A stretch of DNA of 64,000 nucleotides from the human T2T-CHM13v2.0 reference genome, Homo sapiens: assembly GCF_009914755.1 (NCBI RefSeq), contig NC_060932.1; one strand, 5' to 3'. A program made the position numbers and the translations under genes. Below the pieces are notes generated by a model, which was not told the DNA's origin, did no database searches, and saw only the letters and a list, made by a program, of their open reading frames with translations. Shown here one piece after another: positions 28,332 to 47,192 of this stretch (position 1 is the first letter of the stretch; each line of letters begins with the position of its first letter).

Positions 28332-28718
28332 CTGTGAATTATGCCCCAATATTTGTTTTCTCGTCTTTCTTTCCTATAGTAGACCTCCTTGAGTTTTAGC
28401 TGGGAAATGGATGCCTAAGCTAGACATCACATTTTCCAACCTTGCTTGCAGCTTAGAGTGGATATATGAAAAAGTTAAGCCAATAGGATATAAGTGGTGA
28501 TAGGTGCAACTTCTGCTTACCCTGACTTCCTCATTTCCCACTGGCTAGAGAATTGCAATGACTGAAGAAAACCCAAAAGCCACATGGTAAGGTTCAAAGA
28601 TCCTCTGTACTGGCCTTGAACCACTCACTTCTGAACTATCTATGAAAGAAAAATAAACTTCTATTTTAAGTCAACAAATAGCTGTTGCAGCAGGTTTGTT
28701 TGTAGCCTAAATAATGCA
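28332..28718 (+). mobile_element. MLT1I/J-type MaLR LTR
   Basis: CACATTTTCCAACCTTGCTTGCAGC...AGCCAATAGGATATAAG...GAAAAATAAACTTCTA. Confidence 0.65.
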
Positions 28719-29611
28719 GAAATGTGAAGTCTCCATTTATGAGGCTGAATGAATTTCATTAGTCTAGAGAAATTTAAAATCTATGACATTGTCCTCACTG
28801 ACATTATGTCCTAACCAACAAACTCCCAACAGAATCATAGCTTCCAAAGGCTAAAAGAAACTCAATGAAATGCCATAATTCCCAAACTAGAATTTGTTTG
28901 AAGAGAAGTAACTTTTCTGAGAGTGCTAATCTTCTACTAAAATAATTGATCCTTTGTTTTGAATAGGTCTGTAAAGCAAAAGTGAAACCTTTTTAGGGTA
29001 AAAAAAAAAAAAATCCAAGTAAGTCATTATGACATGTGCCATTCTTTTCTACTTTTGAGTTTTTAAGAAACTATTGACTCATAATAAAGCTTAGATTAAG
29101 CTACTCCCAACTGAATATTGAAATCTGGATTGTGGCTTGCCATTCTAAACAACCAGACCCACTGTAGATCAGCTTAATAGAAATGCATGGAGTAACATGT
29201 TTTTCATTCAATTATTCTTCTCCTTACAATTAGACCTCTTATATTAAAGTATCCAGTTATGTACTCACCAAAAGCAAAAGAGTTGAGCACAATACTTAAA
29301 ATACAAGTACTTTTTAAAAGGCAAAATCCTACATATCTTTATACATGAACCTTAAGAATTATGGATCATTGTCCATGTCTTCTTTTCTCTTTGTAATGTT
29401 AGTGAGAAGGATTTTTAATTCCCCTCCTTTGATAATAGAAGTGTCAATGACCCCTGGCTCTTAGAGTTGATATTCCTTTTGGAGTTTATAAACCTTACGG
29501 TTTTCCAGGAGATAAAATAGGTTTTGAGTGTGACTCACAGTTCCACCACTTATTTACCGTGTGTCTTTCTGGAGGTTGATTTACTAAGCCTTGCTTTTTT
29601 CCCATATTTCA

Positions 29612-30748
29612 TTTCTCTTTTCAATTGATACATAGTATTTGTAAATATTTAGGGGGTATGTGTGATATTTTGACACATGCATACAATGTGTAATAATCAA
29701 ATTAGAGTAATTGGGACATCCATCACCTCAAACAGTTATCATTTCTTTGTGTTGGGGAAATTCCAAATCTTCTCTTATGGCTGTTTTGAAATATAAAATA
29801 AATTATTGTTAACTATAGTCCCCCAACCATTTTTCTGCACTCATTACCAAGCTCTCTTCATCCCATCCTGTCCCATACCCTTTCTAGCTCCTGGCAACCA
29901 TTCCACTCTCCATCTGTTTGAGACCAACTCTTTCTAGCTCCCACATGTGAGAGAGTACATGTGATATTTGTCTTTCTGCGCCTGGCTTGTTTCACTTTTG
30001 TCCTCCAGACTCATCCATTTTGCTGCCAATGACAGGATTTCATTCTTGTGTATGGCTGAATAATATCCTTTTGTGTATATATACCACATTTTCTTTATTC
30101 ATTCATGCATTGTTGGATATTTAGGTTGATTCCATATCTTTGCTATTGTGATTATGCTGTGATAAATATGGGGGTACAAATATCTCCTCAAGCATATCTC
30201 ATACTGCTTTTCTTTCTTTTGCATATATATCCAGCAGTGGGATTGCTGATCATATGGTAGTTCTATTTTTAATTTTTTGAGGAAACTCCATCCTGTTTTT
30301 CATAGTGGCTGCACTAGTTTACATTCCCCCAATAGTATAGGAGAGTTCCCCTTTCTCTGCATCCTTGCCAGCAATTGTTACTTTTTTGTTTTTTTTAATA
30401 ATAGCCATTGTAACTGGAGTGAGATTATATCTTATTGTGGTTTTGATTTGCATTTCCCTCTTGGTTAGTGATTTTGAGCATTTTTTCATATACCTGTTGG
30501 CCATTTGTATGTCTTTTGGTCTCATCAATAAATGGTGCTGGAAAAACTGAGTATCCATATGCAGCAGAATGAACCTACACCTCCATCTCTTACCACATAC
30601 AAAAATCAAATCAAACTGATGTAAAGATGTAAATATAAGACCTCAAACTATGAAACTACTAAAAGAAAATATGCTGGAAACACTTCAGGACATTGGTGTG
30701 AACAAAGATTTTTTGAGGTAAGACCTCAAAAACACAGCCAAAAAACAG
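29612..30748 (-). mobile_element. L1MA4-like element: antisense 3' end (29612-30518) plus inverted upstream segment (30519-30748, +)
   Basis: L1MA 3'UTR and ORF2 C-terminus in antisense, then an abrupt strand switch at 30518/30519 into sense ORF2 sequence (INKWCWKN). Confidence 0.8.
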
Positions 30749-30749
30749 A

Positions 30750-31350
30750 TCTTATGTCAGGTGGTGATAAGAGTCATAGAGAGGATTAAAGAAAGTTAAA
30801 GGAAATAGTAAATAATTGGTGTGGGTAGGGTATTGCTGTTTTTTAAGATGGTCATGGAAAAGCTCTTTGAAACACTGACAGTGGAGGAGAGACCCAAAAC
30901 CTTGACTGAGAATCTTTCAGTGAAAGAGCATTTCTGGTAGGGAAGTAGCAAGTATAAAAATTTTGAAGCAAGAATATTCTTGACATATTCAAAGGAAAGC
31001 AAGGTGGTTATGATGGCAGAAGTGGGCCAGGCAAAAGAGAGAGTGGTAGAAAATGGGGTAGGACAGGGAGACTAAAGATCCTCCAGAACCTTTAGCACTA
31101 TTGTCAGGAAAGCTTTACTCTGAATGAGACAAGAAGCCAGTAGAGGCATTTGTGCAAAGAGAGACCATCTGATTTAATGTTTAGAAGGAACCCTCTGTGG
31201 AGGATAGAATAATGGAGCAAGACCAGAGACCCCACGTCTGCTCAACCCCCACCACTTTTTTGGTTTACTGCCGTATCTCCAGCATTTAGAACAATATCTG
31301 CAGCATTGTAAGCACATAATAAATATTTGTTGAATGAATGTGTGGATTAA
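30750..31350. mobile_element. L2 relics (antisense 30750-31230, sense 3' end 31255-31350)
   Basis: GAGCATTTCTGGTAGGGAAGTAGCAAGT and AATAAATATTTGTTGAATGAATG terminus. Confidence 0.7.
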
Positions 31351-31669
31351 ATGAAAGCATATGAATTACTTATTTGAGACATGGAACAATCAAAGGGCTC
31401 AATAAATGGTAGCCGCTATTTTTTTATCTCTATCAAAATAACAGCCACTCACTTCCCTGGATTTCTTCCTTGCTTAACTATTAGAATAATTTCACAAAGA
31501 TTTAAAATTATTTTTTACAGCTCAGTTTTCTCCTATATGTAAATTAGTAATAAAAAAGCATAACATAAATACAATTACATTGTAATATATCTTTATGATA
31601 ATTTTTTCCAAACAGAAAACAATATTTTTAAATTTCAAGGTAACATCCTGCCCATACGCTCAAGAAAGA

Positions 31670-31696
31670 ATATATATATATATATATATATATAAT
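31670..31696. repeat. (TA)n microsatellite
   Basis: Direct reading. Confidence 0.9.
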
Positions 31697-31809
31697 ATTT
31701 TAATTTTCTGATTCAAGACAAAGTGTTCTAACTTCCCTACACTAGTAATACAAATATTATGCAAAATCCTTGTCACTTAAAGCTACTGTTAAATATTAGA
31801 GCATAAGTA

Positions 31810-32662
31810 TTCATATGTAAAGAATGAAACTGGACAACTAATTGTCATCATATACAAAAATTAACTCAAGATGGATTCAAGACTTAAATGTAAGGCCTCC
31901 AACTATAAAAATTCTAGAAAAAAACCTAGGAAATAACCTTCTAGACATCAGCCTTGGCAACGAATTTATTACTAAGTCCTCAAAAGTAATCGCAATACAA
32001 ACAAAAATTGACAAGTGTGACCTAATTAAACTAAAGATCTGCGCAACAAAAGAAACTATCAACAGAATAAACAGACAACCTACAGAATGGGAGAAAATAT
32101 TCACAAACTAGGTATTCAAGAATTGTCTAATATCTAGAATCTATAATGAACTTAAATCAATGAGAGAAAAAAACAAATAACCCCATTAAAAAGTAGTCAA
32201 AGAAGCCAGGTACAGTGGCTTACACCTGTAATCTCCGCACTTTGGGAGGCTAACAGAGGTGGATCGCTTCAACCCAGGAGTTCAAGAACAGCCTGTTCAA
32301 CATGGCAAAACCTCATCTCTACAAAAAAATTTTAAAAATTGCCAGACATGGTGGTGTGCACCTGTAGACTCAGCTACTCAGGAGGCTTGGGTGGGAGAAT
32401 CATCTGAGCCCAGGGTGATTAAGGCTGCAGTGAGCCATGATTGTGCCACTACACTCCAGGCTGGGTGACAGAGTGATGAGAACCTGTCTCAAAAAAAAAA
32501 AAGGAAAAGAAAAGAAAAAAAGAAAGAAAGAAAAAAAGCAAAGGGCATGAACTGACACATCTCAAAAGAAGACATACAAGTGGCCAACAAACATATGAAA
32601 AAATGCTCACCATCACTAACTATCAGATAAATGCTAATCAAAACCACAATAAGATACCATCT
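31810..32662 (+). mobile_element. Old L1P (L1PA15/16-like) ORF2 fragment, split by an AluJ
   Basis: ORF 31842-32111 [14 protein letters not shown]...[10 protein letters not shown] is the L1 ORF2p C-terminal region; the L1 resumes after the Alu at ~32538. Confidence 0.85.
32204..32530 (+). mobile_element. AluJ
   Basis: J-type AAGGCTGCAGTGAGCCATGATTGTGCC; A/GAAAA tail. Confidence 0.9.
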
Positions 32663-33300
32663 AATCAACCTGTCATCTACATTAGGTATTTCTCCTAATG
32701 CTAACCATCCCCCAGCCCCCCATCCCCTAAAAGGCCCCAGTGTGTGATCTTCCCCTCCCTGTGTCCATGTGATCTCATTGTTCAACTCCCACTTGTGAGT
32801 GAGAACACGCAGTGTTCGGTTTAATGTTCCTGTGTTAGTTTGCTGAGACAAGAACTCATGTTTAATGTTCCTGTGTTAGTTTGCTGCAAAAGACATGAAA
32901 TCATTTTTTATGGCTGCATAGTATTCCATGGTGTATATGTGCCACATTTTCTTAATCCAGTCTATCACTGATGGGCATTTCGGTTGGTTCCAAGTCTTTA
33001 TTATTGTGAACAGTGCTGCAATAAACATACGTGTGCATGTGTCTTTATAGTAGAATGATTTATAATCCTTTGGGTATATACCCAGTAATGGGATTGCCGG
33101 GTCAAATGGTATTTCTGGTTCTAGATCCTTGAGGAATTGCCACATTGTCTTCCACATTGGTTGAACTAATTTACACTGCCATCAACAGTGTAAAAGTGTT
33201 CCTATTTCTCTACATCCTCTCCAGCATCGGTTGTTACCTGACTTTTTAACGATCACCATTCTAACTGGCATGAGATGATATCTCATTGTGTTTTTGATTT
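32663..33300 (-). mobile_element. L1PA7/8-like 3' fragment lacking its terminus and poly(A)
   Basis: ORF 32876-33157 [36 protein letters not shown]; 3'UTR GTCATCTACATTAGGTATTTCTCC. Confidence 0.85.
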
Positions 33301-35770
33301 ACAATTATCAGCCAAGAATTTTGGATCTGGAAAAACTAGGCTTCATAAATGAAGGAAAGACAGTCTTTTTCTGACCAACAAATGCTGAGAGAATTTGCCA
33401 CTACCAAGCCAGCACCACAAGTACTGCTGAAAGGAACTATAAATCTTAAAACAAAGCTTTGAAATACAACAAAATAGAATCTCCCTAGAGCGTAAATCTC
33501 ACAGGCCCTATAAAACAACAACACAATGAAAAAAAGCCAAGGTAGTCAGGCAACAAATAGTATGATTAATAGAATAATAGTACCTCACATCTCAATACTA
33601 ACATTGAATATAAATGGTCTGCATGTTCCACTTAAAAGATACAGAATGGCAGAATGGATAAGAATTAACCAACCAAGTATATGCTGTCTTCAAGAGACTC
33701 ACTTAATACATAAGGACTCACATAAACTTAAGGTAAAGTGGTGGAAAAGATATTTCATGCGAATGGACACCAAAAGCAGGCAGGAGTCGCTATTCTTATA
33801 TCAGATAAAACAAACTTTAAGGCAAAAGCAGTTTAAAAAGACAAAGAGGAATATTATATAATGATAAAAGAACTCATCCAACAGGAAAATATCACAATTC
33901 TAAATACAGATGTACCTAACACTGGAGCTCACAAATTTATAAAAAAATTACTACTAGACCTAAGAAATGAGATAGACAGCAACACAATAATAGTGGGGAA
34001 CTTCAATACTCCACTGACAGCACTAGACAGGTCATCAAGAGAGAAAAAGTCAACAAGAAAACAATGGACTTAAATTACACCCTACAACAAATGGACTTAA
34101 CAGATATAAACAGAACATTCTACCCAACGACTGCAGAATATGCGTTCTATTCAACAGCACATGAAACATTTTCCAAGATAGACCATGTTATAGGCTACAA
34201 AACAAGTCTCAACAAATTTAAGAAAATCGAAATTATAGCAAGTACTCTCAGACCTCAGTGGAATAAAATTGGAAATCAACTCCAAAAGGCACCCTCAAAA
34301 CCAAGCAAATACATGGAAATTAAATAACCTGCTCCTGAATGATCACTGGGTCAACAATGAAATCAAGATGAAAATTAAAAAATTCTTTGAGCTGAATGAT
34401 AATAGTGACACAACTTATCAAAACCTCTGGGATACAGCAAGGCAGTGCTAAGAGGAAAGTTCATAGCATATTTCATGCCTACATCAAAAAGTCTGAAAGA
34501 TCACAAATAGACAATCTAATGTCACACCTCAAGGAACTAGAGAAACAAGAACAAACCAAACCCAAGCACAGCAGAAGAAAAGAAATAACCAAGATCAGAG
34601 CAGAACTAAATGAAATTGAAACAAAAACAAATACAAAAGATAAATGAAACAAAAAAGCTGGTCCTTGGAAAAGATAAATAAAACTGATAGACCACTAGCT
34701 AAATTAACCAAGAAAAGAAGAGAGAAGATCCAAATAAGCTCAATTAGAAAAAAAAGGGAGATATTACAGCTGCTACCACAGAAATACCAAAGATCATTCA
34801 AAGCTACTATGAACAGCTTTATGTGCATAAACTAGAAAACCTAGAGGAGATGGATAAATTCCTGGAAATGCACAACTCTCCTAAATTAAGCCAGGAAGAA
34901 ATAGACACTCTGAACAGACCAATAACAAGCAGTGAGATTGAAATGGTAATTAAAAAGTTACCAACAGAAAATAGTCCAGGACCAGACGGATTCACAGCTA
35001 AATTCCATCAGACATCCAGAGAAGAATTGGTACCAATCCTATTGCCACTCTTCCAAAAGATATAGAAAGAGGGATTCCTCCCTAAATTATTTGATGAAAC
35101 CAGTATCACCCTAACACCAAAACCGGGAAAGGACATAAGAGAAAAAGAAAACTACAGACAAATATCCCTGGTGAACATAGGTGCAAAAATCCTCAACAAA
35201 TTACTAGCTAAGTGAATTGAACAGCATATCAAAAAGATAATCCATCATGATCAAGTACGTTTCAAACCAGGGATGCAGGGATGGTTTAACATATGCAAGT
35301 CAATAAGATACACCACATAAACAGAATTAAAAACAAAAATCAGATGATCATCTTAATAGATGCAGAAAAAGCATTTGACAAAATCCAGCATCCTTCTATG
35401 ATTAAAACCATCAGCAGAATCAGCATAGAAAGGACATAACTTAAGGTAATAAATGCCATCTATAACAAACCCACAGCCAACATTATACTAAACGGGGAAA
35501 AGATGAAAGCATTCCCCTTGAGAACTGTAACAAGACAAAGATGCCCACTTTCTTTATTATTATTATTATCATACTTTAAGTTTTAGGGTACATGTACACA
35601 ACATGCAAGTTTGATACATAGGTATACATGTGCCATGTTGGTTTGCTGCACCTAGCAACTGGTCACTTACATTAGGTATCTATCCTAATGCTATCCCTCC
35701 CCCAGCTCCCCACCCCCCAACAGGCCCTGGTGTGTGATGTTCCTCGCCCTGTGTCAAGGATTCTCATTGT

Positions 35771-39652
<3,882 letters not shown>

Positions 39653-39715
39653 TATGATGTTAGCTGGTTATTTTGCCCATTAATTGATGCAGTTTCTTCA
39701 TAGCATCGACGATTT

Positions 39716-40736
39716 TTACAATTTGGCATTTTTTGAAGTGGCTGGTACTGGCTGTTTCTTTCCATGTTTAGTGCTTCCTTCAGGAGCTCTTGTAAGGCAG
39801 ACCTGGTGGTGACAAAATCTCTCAGCATTTGCTTGTCTGTAAAGGATTTTGTTTCTCCTTCACTTATGAAGCTTAGTTTGGCTGGATATGAAATTCTGGG
39901 TTGAAAATTCTTTTCTTTAAGAATGTTGAATATTGGCCCCCACTCTCTTTTGGCTTCTAGGGTTTCTGCTGAGAGATCCATTGTTAGTCTTATGGGCTTC
40001 CCTTTGTGGGTAACCTGACCTTACTCTCTGGCTGCCCTTACCATTTTTCCTTCATTTCAACTTTGATGAATCTGACAATTATGTGTCTTAGGGTTGCTCT
40101 TCTTGAGGAGTATCTTTGTGGTGTTCTCTGTATTTCCTGAATTTGAATGTTGGCCTGTCTTGCTAGGTTGGGGAAGTTCTCCTGGATAATGTCCTGCAGA
40201 GTGTTTTCCAATTTGTTTCCATTCTCCTCATCACTTTCAGTAAACCAATCAAACGTAGATTTGGTTTTTTCACATAGTCCCATATTTCTTGGAGGCTTTG
40301 TTCATTTCTTTTTACTCTTTTCTCTAAACTTGTCTTCTCACTTTATTTCATTAATTTGATCTTCAATCACTGATACCCTTTCTTCCACTTGATCGAATCG
40401 GCTATTGAAGCTTGTGCATGTGTCACGAAGTTCTCATGCCATGGTTTTCAGCTCCATCAGGTCATTTAAGGTCTTCTCTACACTGTTTATTCTAGTTAGC
40501 CATTCATCTAACCTTTTTTCAAGGTTTGTAGCTCCCTTGCAATGAGTTCGAACACGCTCCTTTAGCTCAGAGAAGTTTGTTATTACCAACCTTCTGAAGC
40601 TTACTTCTGTCAACTCATTAATGTCATTCTCCATCCAGTTTTGTTCCATTGCTGGCAAGGAGCTGTGATCCTTTGGAGGAGAAGAGGTGCTCTGGTTTTG
40701 AGAATTTTCAGCTTTTCTGTTCTGGTTTCTCCCCAT
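39716..40736 (-). pseudogene. L1 ORF1, disrupted
   Basis: MGRNQNRKAENS..., IIQENFPNLARQANIQIQEIQRTP and FQPRISYPAKLSF lie in three separate ORF pieces. Confidence 0.93.
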
Positions 40737-43700
40737 CTTTGTGGTTTTTATCTAACTTTGATCTTTGATGATGGTGACCTACAGATGGTGTTTTGGCGTA
40801 GATGTCCTTTTGGTTGATGTTGATGCTATTCCTTTCTGTTTGTTAGTTTTCATTCTAACAGTCAGGTCCCTCAGCTGCAGGTCTGTTGGAGTTTGCTGGA
40901 GGTCCACTCCAGATCCTGTTTGCTTGGGTATCACCAGCAGAGGCTGCAGAACAGCAAATATTGCAGAACATCAAATATTGCTTCCTGATCCTTCCTCTGG
41001 CAGCTTTGTCTCAGAGGGGTACCTGGCCATGTGAGGTGTCAGTCTGCCCCTACTGGGGGGTGCCTCCCAGTTAGGCTACTCAGGGTTCAGGGACTCACTT
41101 GAGTAGGCAGTCTGTCTGTTCTCAGAGCTCAAACACCACGCTAGGAGAACCACAGCTCTCTTTGGAGCTGTCAGACAGGGACGTTTAAGTCTGCAGAAGT
41201 TGTCTGCTGCCTTTTGTTCGTCTATGCTCTGCCCACAGAGGTGGAGTCTATATAGGCAGTAGGCCTTGCTGAGCTGCAGTGAGCTCCGCCATGTTCGAGC
41301 TTCCTGGCCACTTTGTTTACCTACTCAAGCCTCAGCAATGGTGGATGGCCCTCCCCCAGCCAGGCTGCCACCTCGAAGTTCGATCTCAGACTGCTCTGCT
41401 AGCAGTGAGCAAGGATCCGTGGGCGTGGGACCTGCTAAGCCAGGCACAGGAGAGAATCTCCTTGTCTGTCAGTTGCTAAGACCTTGGGAAAAGCACAGTG
41501 TTTGGCAGAAGTGTCCCATTTTTCCAGGTACAGTCTGTTACAGCTTCCCTTGGCTAGGAAAAGGAAATCCCTGATCCCTTGCACTTCCTGGGTAAGGCAA
41601 CACCCTGCCCTGCTTCAACTCACCCTCCATGGGCTGCACCCACTGTCCAACCAGTCCCAGTGAAATGAACCAGGTACCTCAGTTGCAAATGCAGAAATCA
41701 CCCATCTTCTGTGTTGATCACGCTGCGAGCTGCAGACCAGAGCTTTTCCTATTCAGCCATCTTGGAACAGAGCCAAAGATGCCCACTTTCATCACTTCTA
41801 TGCAACACAGTACTAGAAGTCCTAGCCAGAGCAATTGGACAAGAGAAAGAAATCAAGAGCATCCAGATCTGTAAAGAGGAATTCAAACTGTTGCCATTTG
41901 CTAATGATATAATTGTATAACTAGAAAACCCTAAAGAGTCATTCAAAAAGCTCCTAGAACTGATAAATGAATTCAGCAAAGTTTCAGGATACAAAATTAA
42001 TGTACACAAATCAGTAGCCCTGCTATACACCAACAGTGACCAAGCTGAGAATCAAATCAAGAACTCAATCCGTTTTACAATAGCTGCAGAAAACCAAACC
42101 AAACCAAAACAAAACTTAGAAATAGACCTAACCAGGGAGGTGAATGACTTCTACAAGGAAAACTACAAAACACTGCTGAAATAAATCATAGATGACACAA
42201 ATGAAAACACATCCCATGCTCAGAGATGGGGAGGATGAATATTGTGAAAATGACCATACTTTCAAAAGCAGTCTACAAATTCAATGCAATTCCCATCAAA
42301 ATACCACCATCATTGTTCACAAAACTAGAAAAAAAAATCCTAAAATTCATATGAAACCAAAAAAGTTCCTGCATAGCCAAAGTAAGCCTAAGCAAAAAGA
42401 ACAAATCTGGAGGCGTTATATTACCCTACTTTAAACTATTCTACAAGGCCGTAGTGACCAAAACAGCATGGTATTGGTATAAAAACAGGCATATAGACCA
42501 ACGAAACAGAATAGAGAACCCAGAAGTAAAGCCAAATACTTATAGTAAACTGTTCTTCGACAAAGCAAACAGAAACATAAAGTGGGGAAAGGACACCCTA
42601 TTCAACAAATGGTGCTGGGATAATAGGCAAGCCACATGTAAAAGAATTTAACTGGATCCTCATCTCTCACCTTATTCAAAAATAAACTCAAGATGGATCA
42701 AAAAATTAAATCTAAGACATGAAACCATAACAATTCTAGAAAATAACATTGGAAAAACCCTTCTAGACATTGGCTTAGGCAAAGACTTCATGACCAAGAA
42801 TCCAAAAGCAAATGCAACAAAAACAAAGATAAATAGATGGAACCTGATTAAACTTAAAAGCTTTTGTACAGCCAAAGAAATAATCAGCAGAGTAAACAGA
42901 CAACCACCGAGTGGGATAAGATCTTCACAATCTACACATCCAACAAAGGACGAATATCCAGAATCTACAAGGAACACAAACAAATTAGCAAGATAAAAAC
43001 AAACAATCCTGTCAAAAAGTGGGCTAAGGACATGAATGACAGTTCTCAAAAGAAGATACACAGATTGCTAGCAAACCTGAAAAAAATGCTCAACATCACT
43101 AATTATCAGGGAAATCCAAATCAAAACCACATTGCAATACTACCTTACTCCTGCAAGAATGGCCATAATAAAAAAATTTAAAAATAATAGATGTAGGCAT
43201 GGATGTGGTGAAAAAGGAACAATTTTACACTGTAGGTGGGAATGTAAACTAGTATAACCACTATGGAAAACAGTGTGGAGGTTCCTTAAATAACTAAAAG
43301 TAGATCTACCATTTCATCTACTTTTCCCAATCCTACTCCTGGGTATCTACCCAGAGGAAAAGGGGTCATTATACAAAAAAGATACCTGCACACACATGTT
43401 TATAGCAGCAAAATTTGCAATTGCAAAATATAGAACCAGCCCAAACGCCTATCAGTCATCAAGTACATAAAGAAAATGTGGTATATATACATACCATGGA
43501 ATACTACTCATCCATAAAAAGGAGTGAAATAATGGCATTTGGAGCAACCTGGATGGAATTGGAGACCATTATTCTAAGTAACTCAGGAATGGAAAACCAA
43601 AAATCATATGTTCTCACTAAAAAGTGGGAGCTAAGTTGTGAGGATGCAAAGGCAAACAAATGATAAACTTGGGGACTTGAGGAAAGGGTAGGAGGGGAGT

Positions 43701-44935
43701 AAGGGATAAAAGACTACATACTGGGTACAGTGTATACTGCTCAGATAATGGGTGCACCAAAATCTCAGAAATCACCACTAAAGAATTTATTTATGTAACC
43801 AAACACCACCTGATCCTCAAAAACCTATTGAAATTTTCTGGGGTAAAAATATCCCAGAAAAGTCCAGCATTCTCTAGGCAAGGAAATACTTGTCCTTCCA
43901 GTTAACCAATTGTCCTGGTACGAAGGTCATTGCCCTCTCCATTGTGACCTCTCCAACAGGAACATATCTTTCTTTCTGGAGACTTGACCAAATTTCCCAG
44001 GAATCTTAGTGTACAGACAATAATGTCTTTTATGCCTTGCACATAGTTTCACACTGATAAATAACAAATTCTTAATATAAATCATTATCATTCTTTTTTC
44101 CTCAGCTTTATTAAAGTATAATTGACAAATTAAATTGTATAGATTTAAGTCATAAAATGTAATATTTTGATATATCCATATACGATTAAATGAGTACCAT
44201 AATTAACATATCGATCACCTCATTTTGTTACCGTATGTGGTGTGTGTATGTGTGTGTGTGTGGTGAGAATATTTAAGATCTACTGTCTTAGAAGAATAAA
44301 ACTGGATCCCTGTCTCTCACCATATAGAAAAATTAACTCCAGATGGATTAAAGACTTACATTTAAGATGTGAAACCACAAAATTTGTAGAAAAAAAACCT
44401 AGGAAAAACTCTTCTGGACATTGGCTTAGGCAAAGAATTAATGAGTTAGACCCTAAAGGCAAATGCAAGACAAACAAAAATAAAGAACTAGTTCTTAATC
44501 AAACTAAAAAGCTCCTCCACAGCAAAAGAAATAATCAACAGAGTAAATAAACTACCTGCAGAATGGGAACAATTATTCCCAAACTATGCATCTGACAAAC
44601 AACTAACATCCAGAATCTACAAGGTACTCAAATAAATCAGCAAGAAAAAAAAAGAATAATCCCATTAAGAAGTGGGCAAATGACATGAACAGACATTTTT
44701 CAAAAGAAGATATACAAATGGCCAATAAATATATGAAAAAAATGTTCAACATCACTCATCACCAGGGGAATGCAAATTAAAAACACAATGAGGTAGGGTG
44801 CAGTGGCTCATACCTGTAATCCCAGTACTTAGGGAGGCCGAGATGGGTAGATTGCTAGAGATCAGGAGTTTGAGACCAGTCTCGTCAACATGGGGAAACC
44901 CCATCTCTACTAAAAACATAAAAAATTAGCTGGGA

Positions 44936-47192
<2,257 letters not shown>

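Noticed and set aside
40947-40982. Tandem GCAGAACAGCAAATATT duplication in the L1 5'UTR
   Set aside because: As I recall, this is a feature of L1PA6-age 5'UTR consensus, so not locus-specific (unverified).
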